Both the position numbers and the translations under genes were made by a program. Shown one piece after another: positions 25,500-40,164 of a stretch of DNA of 64,000 nucleotides. Numbering within the stretch: the stretch's first letter is position 1; every line of letters starts with the position of its first letter. The DNA is taken from the NCBI GenBank assembly GCA_951406725.2, contig OX597817.1, positions 67,704,001 through 67,768,000 of the forward strand, in the 5' to 3' direction. Source of the DNA: Octopus vulgaris (Eukaryota). Under the pieces are notes generated by a model that saw only the letters and a list, made by a program, of their open reading frames with translations, ran no database searches and was not told the origin of the DNA.

Positions 25500-27500
25500 T
25501 GCTGTTATTGTCATTTCACTTCTCAAAGCTCTCAATTTCACTTGCTGCAACTAATTGCATCAAAGTGGAAAACAACCTGTTGTCAAAGGTTTCACAGGGT
25601 TTTCATCTACAATATCTAACATCCTAATGCCAATCTCAAAATCCTCACAGTCCCCATTAAAGCAGTTTTCTGAGCATGCTGTACTCTTGTGACTCTTAAA
25701 TTTTTTTCAAGAAATTCCTCAAACTTGGTTGTTAATGCTCTGGGATGGCAATTACTTTCTTCAATGCCCACATTCTTGCAATCTCATCTTGTAGCGACTT
25801 GTACTTCTCAATCTTTTCCACTTGTTCATCCCCAGGTATGGCAATACCTATGATCTTGGTTTCCTTCATTATTTTATCAGCTACAACAATGTCTGATCTG
25901 CAAACAATCAATGAATCACACTGGATTGTAAAATCCCACAAGATCTTTATATTCATTATTCCCAGTGACACCTTCTGCTCTATGCTCATACCATTTCAGT
26001 GTCCTTTTATTATTGCACTTCTCACACAGTCTTCAATGAACATACCTAGCTATGTTACCATGCCTCCTTTTGTATTCCTGTTGAGTCAGTTTGCTACACT
26101 CACTCACAATATGTAGGACTTTCTTTCTATTTATTTCCTCATACTTGTTTTTTGTCCATCTAACAACACTTGTGCCATATTGCATTAAGGAAACCACCCA
26201 TGTATTTATTTCCTTGATTTTTGTTCTTTCTATTGAGTCTACTCTTCATAATTAACCTGGTTCTCCTGTGGTATTCTCGCCTAAAGCTTTCTTTCATCTC
26301 ATTCTCCTTGGTCTTGTCATACTCTAAAATACCCAGACGCTTATATCCATCCATCTCAATATCCTTGATGCTCTCGCTGTTGGTTAGTTCTTGGGTAGTT
26401 ACCCTTTTACTTGTTTCAGTCATTTGACTGTGGCCATGCTGGAGCACCACCTTTGGTCGAGCAAATCAATCCCAGGACTTATTCTTTGTAAGCCTAGTAC
26501 TTATTCGAACCGCTAAGTTATGGGGACATAAACACACCAGCATCGGTTGTCAAGTGATGTTGGGGGGGCAAAAACACACACATATATACGATGGGCTTCT
26601 TTCAGTTTCCGTCTACCAAATTCACTCACAAGGCTTTGGTCGGCCCGAGGCTATAGTAGAAGACACTTGCCCAAGGTGCCACGCAGTGGGACTGAACCCG
26701 GAACTATGTGGCTGGTAAGCAAGCTACATACCACACAGCCACTCATGTGCCTATATACCATTCTATACCATTAGATAGCAATACTTTGCCTTTCTTTGAT
26801 TTGTGCACCACTTATTAATTCCAAATTCCATCCCAATATCCTTACTGACTATTTGCAGTTTTGAAACGAAACCATTTATTTCATACTCACTTATACAGAG
26901 GGTCTTTAAGTTGTATACAGCAGGTGGTTCAACTTTCCTCCACTTATGAAGGTGTACCGTGATGTTACTTTCCATAATATCTATGTGAGGGTTATCCAGC
27001 AAATCACAAACATCAATGATAACAGACTATCTCCCTTATATATACCTCTCTTGATGTTAATCTTTGCCCAAAATTTTCTACATTATGTTAACTCTTTATT
27101 CCAGTTCTTCATTAACATCCTGATAAAATAAAAAATACCAAACACCTGTTATCAGACACCTGTTTAATCTCCCAAGACTTTCTGAATTCCAGGAATGACA
27201 AACCATATCATAAGCTTTCTCATAATCAATCCATGCCATACCCCAGAATAGTATGTCTTTTCTTACAGTTGTTCAGCACCATTCTGTCTATCAGAAATTG
27301 ATCTTTTGTCCCTCAGCTTTTTGTCATACATCCCTTCTGTTCCACTGGCAGCTTGTCATTAATTTCAGGGAGGCCATACACACAATTAGATATTCCTGTC
27401 AACAACATCTGCATTAGGGTAGGCAAACTGGGTGGTAATTATCCACTGCATTACCTTTGCCAGGTTCCTTTTGCAAAGAGCCATTTTCCCTGTGGTCTTT
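25500..27500 (-). mobile_element. Dong/R4-clade (RLE) non-LTR retrotransposon remnant, interrupted by a SINE
   Basis: Endonuclease region KILWDFTIQCD...SDIVV..K...IAIPGD...EKIEKY..L..EIARMW (25732-25989). RT fragments EQKGC...GTKDQFLID...AWIDYEKAYDMV.HSW on the minus strand at ~27190-27350. Many stops and frameshifts. Confidence 0.8.
26404..26751 (-). mobile_element. SINE family 1 copy inside the R4 LINE
   Basis: Family 1 sequence interrupts LINE coding remnants. Confidence 0.85.
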
Positions 27501-28513
27501 TTTAGCCTGGCACTTATTCTATTAGTTTTTGTTGCTAAACCGCTAAGTTACAAGGACATAAATTAACCAACATTGGTTGTCAGGTGATGGTGGGGGACTA
27601 ACACAGATTCAAACACACACACACACACACGCACATGTAAAGCGCCTCTTTCAGTTTCCATCTACTAAATCCACTTACAAGGCTTTGGTCAGCCCTAGGC
27701 TATAGTAGAAGGCACTACAAGGTGCCGTACAATGGAACTGAACTCAAAATCATGTGGTTAGGAAACAAACTTTTTTTTTAATTCCCAGTGTTAGTTTTTT
27801 TCGAAATTTAAATTTAATTTTTTACAAATTTAAATTTTTTCAACCATTTTTTTCTTCATACAACCAACCACACTTTTGACCCTTCCTTTTTGTGCCTTAT
27901 ACGTCAGAAAATAGGGTGGGTGTGTGTGTGCATGTGTATGTGTTCGCATGTCAACCATCTCATGGGAAGCATAGTAAAACTACAATGTGTTTATTTAACT
28001 ACTTGTAATTGAATATATGATATACGATATATCATTAACAGTATGTGTGATGTGTCATTAACACAACAAATTAAATTCTGTACTAACAGTATGTGTGATG
28101 TGTCATTAACACAACAAATTAAATTAGTTTCAGTCAGTTATCAACTGTATAGTTAGTTAATTCTGTACTAAATTACTAATTAGCTAATCCTAACCGAGAC
28201 TATCAATGAACAAAATAGAGCAAAATGAATCAGCAGCTTTTATTCATAAATGACATCATTAAAAACAAAACAAAAGAATAATTAGATGATGAAACAATGA
28301 TTTCTTGGTGATTTTGCAGTTTAGTGATTTTTTTTCTTTTTTGCAATTTTACTCTGAATTAAGAAGTTATATGTCATCCATAGCCCATTAGTACTTTGGT
28401 ATTTCTCTTTAACGCATTAGCATTCAGATTACTCTGTCAAATGCAATGCTTATTTATTCACACTATTTTGAATTAATTATGCATTATCTTGTACCTTTGA
28501 GATTTCAATGGTT

Positions 28514-28892
28514 TACTCTTTTACTTGTTTCAGTCATTTGACTGCGGCCATGCTGGAGCACCGCCTTTAGTCGAGCAAATCGACCCCATGGCTTATTCTA
28601 TCGGTCTCTTTTGCTGAACCGCTAAGTTACAGGGACATAAACACACCAGCATCGGTTGTCAAATGATGTTGGGGAGACAAACACAGGCACACAAACATTT
28701 ACACACACACACACATATATACATATATACGACAGGCTTCCTTCAGTTTCCATCTACCAAATCTACTGACAAGGCTTTGGTCGACCCGAGGCTATAGTAG
28801 AAGACACCTGCCCAAGGTGACACGCAGTGGGACTGAACCGGGAACCATGTGGTTGGTAAACAAACTACTTACCACACAGCCACTCCTGCGCC
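28514..28892 (-). mobile_element. SINE family 1 copy inside a TTAA MITE
   Basis: CpG-rich family 1 copy; MITE sequence resumes on both sides. Confidence 0.85.
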
Positions 28893-30106
28893 TTTTGTTT
28901 ATTGTTTAGAATGACATTGCAGGGTAAGTGTGAGAGTCTATATTTCACCAGTTTGAATATAAAACAGGTAGAATATTTGGGCCTGATATGGCCAGTTTAA
29001 GTGGTAAATGGTTAAAACTAAAACCATTATTTATTATCATTATTTAATGTCCACTTTTCCATGCTTGCATGGGTTAGATGGATTTTCTTGAGACAGATTT
29101 TTCTATACCTGGATGCGCTTCCTGTCACCAACCCTCACCTGTTTACAAGTAAGGTAATTTTTTTCCCCATAGCTAGATATGATTTCCACTGAAGAAACAA
29201 ATTTGCTTGTATGCCAATTATGCTCACTTGCAACCATCATGTGATGTCAAGACATGAGTATATACAAACACACTCACACACACAATCAGCTTCTTTCAGT
29301 TTACACTCAAGGCTTTGCTCAACCCAGGGCTATATAGTATTAGTCACTTGCACATAGTGCCATCCAGTGAGATTGAACCTAAGGCCACATGGTTGAAAAG
29401 GAAGCCTGCATCTGATGTATTTGTTTACAAAGCCAAGATTGAAATGTGATGTTAACTATCAAAACCAAGCTCTAACTTAACTATTGCTTTTTTGTGCAGA
29501 TGGTGTCTCAAAGTTATTTTCTAAATAAGTCACAAAATTCGATGTACAGTCTTAATCCTGCTTATTTACTTCGTGATATTTCCTGCACACTTTCAGCAAG
29601 TACAATCAAGGCCATGCCTTTGTTGCTATATATTTCAGTTGAAACACACAGCCCCTGTTTCAATTAATTTTGAAAATAAAGACAAATTTAGTTCAGTAAC
29701 TCTGTTATTATTAAACTGGTGCATGGAACATATATAAACATGGAATATTGATGGAAGGTTTAGTTTTGAGCACTAAAATAAGAAGTTTCTGTTATAGAAC
29801 AAGACACAGTCTCAGGCAGATTAGCATTGAAAGAGTTCAATAGTCTGGAAAATGAGGTCAGAATGATATAGATATATCCTGATTTGTTTTCTGCAATATC
29901 TAAAATCATAAAAATAACATTACTTATTAACAATGTTTTTTTTTCCCCCACACCTCACTGCATTATTTTGTGAAGTTAGCCTTTTAGGTGTTCTCTCTGC
30001 AATATGTTAACACTAACTTAACTGATGATTTTTAAAACTTGGTCCTTCTATCTCACTAATAACTCAATTCTTTCACCAGCAAGTGGGGAGAATAAATATT
30101 AATATA

Positions 30107-30168
<62 letters not shown>

Positions 30169-30264
30169 GTTCTTTCTCTCTCTTTTTCTCTTAGTGTGTC
30201 TATCTATGATCATCTTTCTCTTACATGTTGGCTTCCATTCACCACTTTTTTTGTTGTTAGTTAC

Positions 30265-30296
<32 letters not shown>

Positions 30297-30359
30297 TTCT
30301 CATTTACATTTAATTATTTACTTTGCTGATTTCTTACCATTGGCCTAAACAGCCTCCCG

Positions 30360-30423
<64 letters not shown>

Positions 30424-30947
30424 ATGGATAGATAGATAGATAGATAGATGGGTGGATAAACAGACAATATTTTAACTTAAGCATTCCTCTTTTCTGGTCA
30501 CTGTTTTTCTAAACACCACACACACACACACACACACATACAAGATGGGCCGACACTCTTGTTGGCCAACATCCTATTTACCATCAGTGTCAATTATACC
30601 TAGCTTAGAGCTTCATTGACACCTGTGACAGGTGAAAAAAATAGCCATTTTGAGAGGTGCTTCAGTCTACAACATTGCAAATTTTAAATGTTCTAGGTTT
30701 CTCCTCTTTTCAATGGTTCTCTAGAAAATTGTTTCACAGATGACATCTATGGAAATATCTTTTCACAATTTTCCTTGACACTGAGAAAAATGTGGATTTT
30801 GTTTTAACTTTACAAGCAAGCTAGCTTACTGTACACTAGTTCTGTTTATTTTTCTCTTTGTTATTGTGGTATTATTTGCAAGGTTAGAATAGCAATAATG
30901 AATGTCGGCTCTGTGTGTGTGTCTGTGTGACATTTTGTAAATGTATA

Positions 30948-30980
<33 letters not shown>

Positions 30981-31180
30981 AATAAATGGAATGGTTCTTT
31001 AATTGTAAATTTAATGGTCCATGAATCTTAATATTAATTACATTGTGTGTGTATAATTAGGAATCTCATTTTCATTTATGATCAAATAACCCCTGAACTA
31101 ATTGAATCTTTACATACCATATTATTTGTGTGTGTGTGTATGAATATGTGTATATCTGTGTGCGTGTATGTATGTGTATA

Positions 31181-31231
<51 letters not shown>

Positions 31232-32194
31232 TTAATTTCACTTAGTATAATTGCTAACTGTTAAATAGAAAAATATTGTCTGCAGAGTGTTGTTTGAGAT
31301 CAAGTGAATTTACTAAAAGGGATCTGGGAAAATGAGTCTAATTAGAAAAGGTCAAAGAGAATTTGTTCTGCAATTAGTACTGGTAATAGCTTCTTACTTA
31401 GGCACAAGTCTAATCTTTTATCCATCAGTGTTAACCACGGAATTCTTTGTTATTGCTGTTGTTATTTTTTATTTTTGTTTTTAATCTTTATTGTTTTAGC
31501 TATTTACTTCCAGTTCACTCTTAGTCTTGCAAACCTGGAACATTAATGATGCTCTTCCTTCACACATAGTATTTATATAACCGTATTTTCCAATATGTAC
31601 TTCCCCTTTTTTAAGATAACCAGGGTGTGTGATTTGAAGGAGGTGTGGCTGCTATCACTAGCAGGTCATTGAGACTCTCTTTTGGCTCTTAGTATTGAAC
31701 CCTTTTGTTATCATATTTACATTGAAATATTATTACCTTTCTTTCAATTAATTCTTAAAATAATGAAGAAATTATTAGAATAACTTTATTAAGCTGATGT
31801 TTGGAATACAAATCAACATGGTGAAAGGTTTTAATTTAAATCAATTTAAAACAGAAAGTTTTATCATAGAAACAATGTCAGATTCAGGCAGACTGGTATC
31901 AAAATGTTTAATGTTGGCACTGGATGCCATTCAGTAAGAGATAAACTGTAGGTTAAGTTTTTTTCCTTTCCTTTAGAAATCTTAGATGTTATTTAAGAAA
32001 CCACTCAAGGCCCTGTTGCAGACACAGCAAGTCATATCCGGAAATGGATATGTTTTAAGGAGAAAATTATAGAAAGAAAAACCATTACAGCATATTCAAT
32101 TTCTTATAATTTTCACAAATGTTATGCACCCTAACAGTAAATGTATAGTTATGTTGATCTGTTGGTTCTAAATAATTATATAATGCTGTTGGTG

Positions 32195-32248
<54 letters not shown>

Positions 32249-34435
32249 TGATTTGTAACTTTGGGATAAGGAGACAACTTTGTAAGAAAGGAACATTTTG
32301 TTGATTTGCAAATAGTTGACTGGTTGGTATTTTGTCAGCCCTAGAAGGAGAGAAGGCAAAAGTTGTAATTTACTCAGCAGCATTTGAATTCAGAAAATGA
32401 AGGGCTATAACTAAACATTGTATGGAATCTTGCATTTCTGTCATGCCACTTTACTGTTATTATCTATATTAATAGCAACTGTATAACTGTTGTGCAATTA
32501 GCGTAGCATTTAAACCGGCCGTCTCTGACCCAAATGTTCTGCCAGCCAGATGTGGCCTCTTACACAGACCATGCAATGTCATTCTAAGAACAAGAAAATT
32601 GCAGCAAAGCTGCAGGATAATGGTGTCAGACGTGGCATGCAGACCAACTTGTTTGACATTACATTTTATTTTGACATGCGCTTTATGTTTTTATTCTCCT
32701 CTTCCATTTTTTGAATTCAGTGAGCACATGCACATTGTGTATTCATACTTCTCTTTCCAGAACCATCTCACAACCATCTTATGAACCTATGGTCATGAGG
32801 AGTGCTTCATGCTCCGATGGTTGTGAAATAAACAATCACACCGTTGAAATCTCAAAGCTATAAGTTATAATGTATGATTCATTCAAAGCAATGCAAATAA
32901 ATAAACATTACATATGACAAAGTAATCAGAATGCAAGAGGGTTAATATTCATTGTTAATAGATGTGCTGTAGCTGTGTGACTAAGAAGCTTGCTTCCCAA
33001 CCATGCAGTCTTGGGTTCAAGTTGTCATTGATAAATTGAATGTATGATTTAAATAAACACATTTTGGGATCGAGGATTGTCATTCCTGCTTAAATTGCTG
33101 TTGTTTGGATGGTTTAGGGATAGAAATAAAGATCATTTTCATTTAATATAAGTATTTATATAGGTACTGGTACTCTGTCAGTTTCGATGACAAGGGTTCC
33201 TCTTGATTCAATCAGTGGAACAGCCTGCTTATGAAATTAACATGCAAATGGCTGAGCACTCCACAGACATGTGTACCCTTAATGTAATTCTCAGGGAGAT
33301 TCAGTGTGATACAGAGTGTGACAAGGCTGGCCCTTTGAAATACAGGTACTATTCAGTCTTGCTAGCTGGGTGGACTAGAACAACAGGAAATAAAGTGTCT
33401 TGCTTAAGGACAAAGTATTGCCAAGAATTGAACTCACAACCTTACAATTGTGAGCTGAATACTCTAACCACTGAGCTATGCACCTTCACATTTGTGTGTG
33501 TGTGTGTGTTTGTTTGTGTAGAATATCATAATTTCTGAAATCATTGAGAAAATAGCATTCTGAGTCTGGTATGAATAACATTTTGAATATGTGTTTCCAT
33601 GTCTGAAGTTGACAGGTTTCCTATACGTTTTGAGAGAGCATTCAGCATTTTGGAGATTATATTTAATTCACATATTTAAATTTATTTCTCAAATTCTAAA
33701 TTTTGGTTAGTATTCCTTCAAATGATAGCTGCCTTAGCAGCACAAGACCTCAAGATTTATAAGGGAAAGGAAATGAGATTTATATTACAGTCATGCTTTT
33801 CTCATTTCTTGCAAGTTTCTTTCACACTGGCTGGCTAGTGAGTGATCTGGTTTCTTGTTCTGTATTAGAAGCTGTTCTTGAATGAAGTATTTAAGTCTAG
33901 TAGAGCAAGCACTAAACAAAATTCATGGCTTAGTTGTTAGGATATGGGACTGATCACCATAAGATTTTAGTTTTGATTCCTGGATTGGCCAGTGCGTTGT
34001 ATTCTTGAGCAAAGATTTCATTTCATGTTACTCCAATCCACCCAGCTGGCAAAAATTAATAATCCTGTGACAGACCAGTGTCCCATCCAGGGAGGAATAT
34101 ATACAGCAGAGAAACCAGGAAACTAGCCCTATGCTCCTTATGGAGTGATACAGACTAACCATTTTACTTACCTCTATATTGCGAGTTCAAATCTTTCTTG
34201 GACCAACTTAACTTTCAATCCTTCAATAAAATCAATATCACTGTAGGGATGGGGTAATTTCACTAACTGATTCTATGCACCTTTTTCTTTGCAAAAACTA
34301 GCCCTGGGCCATCTATAAATTTTTTTTTTTATTATTAATTTTAGTTCTGGCTTTTTTTTTTTTTCTAACCTGGGATGATGAACCTATCACTAAAGATGTA
34401 CATAGTGAGGGTCATTGGTTATCCTCTTGTTTCTT

Positions 34436-34474
<39 letters not shown>

Positions 34475-37400
34475 GGTGTTAGCTGTCAGCCAAGTTATGT
34501 TTCTTTTATATGCATGTGGGATGTAGGTTGTGCTTGGGATAAGAAGTGTTACCAGAAACCAATACCCTAACAATACCATCCATCCATGCTGTTGCCCTTT
34601 ATTCCCCCTCCACCCTCACATTTTTCTGTAGTTTTTTTCCTTTTCTTTTTTTTTCCTTTTTTTTTGTAACCTATTATAATACTTGTTGTTTTTTCAGTTT
34701 TCAGAATTGTAAATATTAAAGGTTGGACTTCCTGGCTGTCATTCTTGTATTTGTTATGATAGATGGTATAACACATAAGCTTAACCTTTTAACATCTCAG
34801 ATAAATTTAAAGTTGGTTTAGGGAGTCAGAAGCAAATAGAAAGCAGAGCTTTTGTTTTTATTTTTATTTTATGTATGTATGCATTTATGGCAGTAACATG
34901 GGTGATTGTTTATTTTTTTTTTGTTTATTTATTTGTTTGTATTTTTGTTCTTTATTGGTTTTCCTAGCTGGTTGGTCTTGCCTGACTAGCTTTTTGCTTC
35001 AGTTTGGCAGCTTGTAAAATTATAGAGTTTTCAATTGAAATTTTACTGGATGTCTATGTTAAGTTATAAGATTACATGGAGTGTGGTGGTGGTGGAGTGT
35101 TGTTGTTATTATTATTCTTATTGTTATCATTAATTAGGAGTTTACCTCTAACCTTGGTGCAGTGAAATGTGTGATGATAGGGGTCTCAACCAAACCCTCT
35201 TTCTCTCTCTCTCTCAAAATATTTTTGTATTAGTTTGAATAGGTTTGAATTGAACGAAGCTTTTTTTTTTTTTAGAAAACTGATTTTGAGATTAATTTTT
35301 ATCTTGTTATCCAGTTTTTTTGGGGGCTTTTTTTGTATTTTTAATTTAATGTTGTGCTTAACAATAATCATTGGTTTTATGTTCCAGCTTAACTTCATGC
35401 GTGGTTTGTTTGGGAGGCAAGATTCCAATTTATTCATAATCTATATTGATCAAGTAGTAAATAATTGCTTTTGTTTAAAAAAAAAAAAAATTCCTAAATT
35501 AAATTGAATCAACTCTTCATCCGATACTTAATTCATATTGGTATTTTTAATGTTGTCTACAAACTGAAATATTCATGTAAAATAGTAATGTTTAAAATGT
35601 ATAATTAAAAAATATACTGCTTTCTTCTGTAATTTACATCTCTCACTTGCAATGTTTTCTTGGATGTTTCAGCAAGAATTATATTAAAAATTAACAATCA
35701 GTATATATATTTAACGTGTGTGTGTGTGTTGAAAGTCTCCTAAAGTGCGGTATTTGTCTTGAGAAAGTGTCTCTTATAGAAGTAGGGTGTTAAAAACACA
35801 GAAAAAATTACAGTAGCACCAAGCAAAGGTTGGTTAACATTGGTGTTGAAATTGGTAGATCTAGATTTCTGCTTGTTAGCTTCATCAGCAGCAGATATCC
35901 ACATCACCTTGTGTTAAATGAACATCAGCTGCTGGCTGATTTGATTAAACAATGATTTAAAATTCAATGATGTCATATTTAACTGGCACCTGAACAGAAA
36001 GTCCTTGTTAGTGACAGAAGCAGTATTAGTTCAGAATTAGTGATCTGTGTACATGCTTTAAGTGTGCATCTGTTGAAAGCCTTCCAAACTTCAGTATTTA
36101 TCTTGAGAAAGTATCTTGTATAGTATTAAAAAAAAAAAAATGAAAAATATCATCAGCAAGCTTGGCCAGCATTGATGATGGAGTTGCTGGATCTAGACTT
36201 CTGAGTTTTGACTTCATCAGCAGCAAATATTCGTGTCACCTCCTGTCAAGCAAACATCAGCCTACCTTATTACACAAGACCTAATTGTGACATTATCTGC
36301 CTAGAGGATTGAAACAAGTGAATCCAGAGAATCAGTCTTCAGCAACACAATATTCCTTAAGAGTAATGACACAAAACTGAAGCAGGTGCTTTGATGACAC
36401 AAGTTTATTATTTAGACTCCTATAGATGTAAAAAGTCACAACAGCATTTGACTAGTAGATTTGAAATTAAAATTTTGAAGGACAACATGAAATACTGTAA
36501 TAGATTTATTCTTGTGATCCATCCTCTTGGTGCAAGCACCCTATTAGATGAGTAATTGACTGGTATTTCTAGCAGGTTGTGTGCTGGCATAACAGCTAAT
36601 ACTTGTTAGAATACAACATTTATACAACACCAAAACGAACTACTTCATGCCAGAGACTGCAGTAAGGTCTGAAGTTCGGCAACAACCTAGTATTTCTGAA
36701 AAAATAGTTATGCATATGTCTAGATTCCAACACAGTACTCTGCTCAGACTGAAGTACTACACTCCATATTGCATTCTCAGAGATACATAAATGTCTCGAT
36801 AGCAACACAACACTCTAAATGATTAAGCTCTGCTTGTCCCAGAGTACTGTATGGTCCTTAACAAGGGAATAGTATATCTGAAACAAGAGATATGCAAATC
36901 ACACCAAGTCATTTGCTCCAGGCAACAATATGCCAAAAATCTGCACAATTAAATCAAACAACTACCATTCACAAAAGACTTCTCTACAGTTATTCCACCA
37001 CTCAGCATCCTTCTAAACAACCGTTTTTTATTTTTTTATTTTTACACATCAAGCTGCCAGAATAGAGAAGACAAACCCTTGAACATCATCCGTAGTACAC
37101 TTAATTAGATTTGCCAACAGCATCTTTTAGTATGTTAGAATTTTATAACAGTGTAAAAGGTTAAAAACTCCCAGCTGATTGTATTTACTATTAACAGGAT
37201 ACAGACACACCACTTTCTACTTTAGAAACAAAAACAAAATCTAAGACATTTTTTTATAGTTGTTTATGAAATTTATTTGCATATGTTTTTACATGTGGAG
37301 TCTTTTGTAAATTAATGTTTTGTATTACAATGTTTCCCATCAACATAACATGCTAATAGTTAGTACATGTACCAACAGTGATATGGGCAAATTATTTATT

Positions 37401-40054
37401 TTAATAGAATCTCTCTGAACACACATTAAAATATAAATACGTTAAGAGATTTTTTTCTTTCATGAAATCACATATCACCTTTGGGATAGCTTTTTTTAAA
37501 AAAAAATATACGAATGACTAAAGCATTGTTTACAGAATTAATTAAAACAGGGTTTAAAACTATGAAGAGAAGAAAAGCTGCAGGTTTTCTGTATATGTGA
37601 TATGGCGCATCACATGAAAATCCTCAGCGGATGGGGTGACATTGCTGCCACCAACTTTTACTTGATATACCACACCCATATATAAATAGAGAGAAAAGGG
37701 CAGTGAGGAATTCCTGACACATTTTTTCAAATTGTTAGAAATAGTAGCCAAATCCCCATCTAATCATATCTTGCCTTCATAAAAAAAAACCCCATGGTTA
37801 CATTATGTTTTTTAAAATTAATATAATCATTGATGAAATGTTTTGATCCTTGGTTTGACTGCTGGATCAACGCTGACCTAAACCGAAGCAGTACCCTGCC
37901 CGTAGACACACACACACACACATACTTGCACTCTCACAGACATGGCTTTGTATAATGCTACACTTGTGGAACTGCCCATTGGAAAAATAAATATGAACAA
38001 GCTTTTTGGTTTTTAATGCCTTATGGATATTATGAGAACTTCATGAGGTCTCAATGTAAAGTGTTGCCATCTTCAGTCTTCTGTGTTGGTGTGTGTGTGT
38101 AAGATAGATAAATAAATTCACCATGCATAAATACACACACATGCATACATACAAAAATAGAGATTCACATTTATATATGTTTGTGTGAATTGTCTATATA
38201 TGTTTACACATACACACACACACGTACATATATACAAATTCACATGTCTATGTGTGTGTGTATGTATTGTGTATATAATATACACACACACACACAAGTG
38301 TTTGTGTGCGTATTTAATAGAATTGTTTAGTCCTTCTATGAGTCATGTTTAATGTGGTGATTGCAAGTTTAAGTGCGGAGTGGAACACAGACTGTCTTAA
38401 ATAGTTACGAGTAGGTTTTGTGGTTTTGTTTAGCTTACAGAAAGGCTGGTTAATATCAGAAGCAGAAAGCCTGATTGGAGAATAATGATTCTAAATAATG
38501 GTTAGCGGGAGGAACCACGATGTGAAGTAATTAATGAGACTACTCAACAACTACTTAGAGAAGTGCAGTGTTTTGTTAGAACAGATTGTTTTATTATTTT
38601 TGAGTGCAAGTTTGTATTTAAATATAAAAAAGAATTTTGTGTTGCGTCAGTAAAGTGGTTGATGTTAGGAAGGACATTCAGCTATAAAAATCAGGCCAAA
38701 CAGACAAGTGGGGCTTGTTGCAGTCCTCTTGCTTGCCAGCTCCTAATAACCTTTTTGATTCTGTATTTATTTTGAGATGCTCTGTGTTTCTTTCAATTAC
38801 TTATAATAAAGAATTTAGTAAAATAACTTAGTTATCATTCAGTTAGTGTTAGGAACATAAATTGTGACTAAGGTTTGGTGGAAGATTTTAATTCAAAACT
38901 TGTGAAAACAAGACATTTGTACTCAGAGCGAGAGCCGGTTCCAGCCAGGCTGGTAACAAATGCTGGCATAGAAGATTCGTGTTAAATGATGATGATGATG
39001 ATGATGTCTGCTATGTAATAGTTTTTTGTGTGTTTTGTTGGGTTTTTTTCCTATGTGGTTGTTTTTCTATGACTGTAATAGTAATGTACAAATAACTAAC
39101 AAGGAAACACTTACATGGTCAATCAGCTTACTAGAAATACCAACCAAATTTCTTTCAAACTACAACTTGCTGTTTTAAAAAAGAGAAGACTAGCTCACTA
39201 TAATGTGATTTTAAAAATATTGTATTTGAAAAAATAAATTAGGGTGCCTTTTAATCCTTTGGTGTAGAAACTGGCTATATGTGACCTAAATGTTCTACCT
39301 GTTTTATGTTAAAACTGGACAGATCCAGTCTCTCACACCTATCCTACAATGTCATTCTAAAGATAAACAATCACATCAGCAAAAGCTGTGGGATAATGTA
39401 TGATAATGCATGATTAATTCAAAGCAATTTGAATAAATAACAGAGTAATTGGAATGCTAAAGAGTTAATCATAGGTTGCCTTATCAAGGCTGACCTGTGG
39501 CTGAACGACAGCAAACATTAACCACTTGATTGTCTGTAGACCCAGTTTCTATCCATTACCTTTCACATCTATGCTGTACTAACAACAATCTGTGTTACTG
39601 TATTTATCTATATATATATGTAGAAACTTTGCCAGATCAGATTAGAGCCTAGTGTAGCCTTCTGGTTTGCCAGCCCTCAGTCAAACCGTCCAACCCATGC
39701 CAGCATGGAAAGCAGACATTAAACCACGATAATGATGATGATGTGAGATATAGATATAGATATGTCGTCATCATCATCATCATCGTTTAACGTCCGTTTT
39801 CCATGCTAGCATGGGCTGGACGGTTCGACCGGCGTCTGGGAATTCAGGAAGCTGCACTAGGCTCCAGTATGATCCGGCAGTGTTTATACAGCTTGATGCC
39901 CTTCCCAATGCCAACCACTCCATGAGTGTAGTGGGTGCTTTTTACGTACCACCATGTATATATATGATTCTTTGTGTGTGTGTGTGTGTGTGTGATTGTT
40001 ATAAATTCTTTTTATGGTTCTAATTTCCTTTTTATCTTCTTTTTATCCAACTAG

Positions 40055-40164
40055 AAAAAATTCGAAGTAAGCAGGAGCAAGATAAACGTATCAAAGGAGC
40101 ATCACAGTCCATAACTGCTATAGAAGAATTCTGTGAAAAATTTGACCGATCAAAACATAATGCT
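40055..40164 (+). CDS. TALE homeobox gene, exon B ([37 protein letters not shown])
   Basis: Pyrimidine tract + ctag| acceptor; GCT|gtaagt donor. 110 nt, phase 1 to phase 0, matching exon A. EKI...EEFCEKF resembles the second MEIS homology helix (LELEKV...DNFCHRY). Confidence 0.88.

Noticed and set aside
26547-26774. Recurring peptides such as SFSFRLPNPLTR...RHLPKVPRSGTEPGTMWLVSKL
   Set aside because: Translations of SINE family 1, not a gene family.
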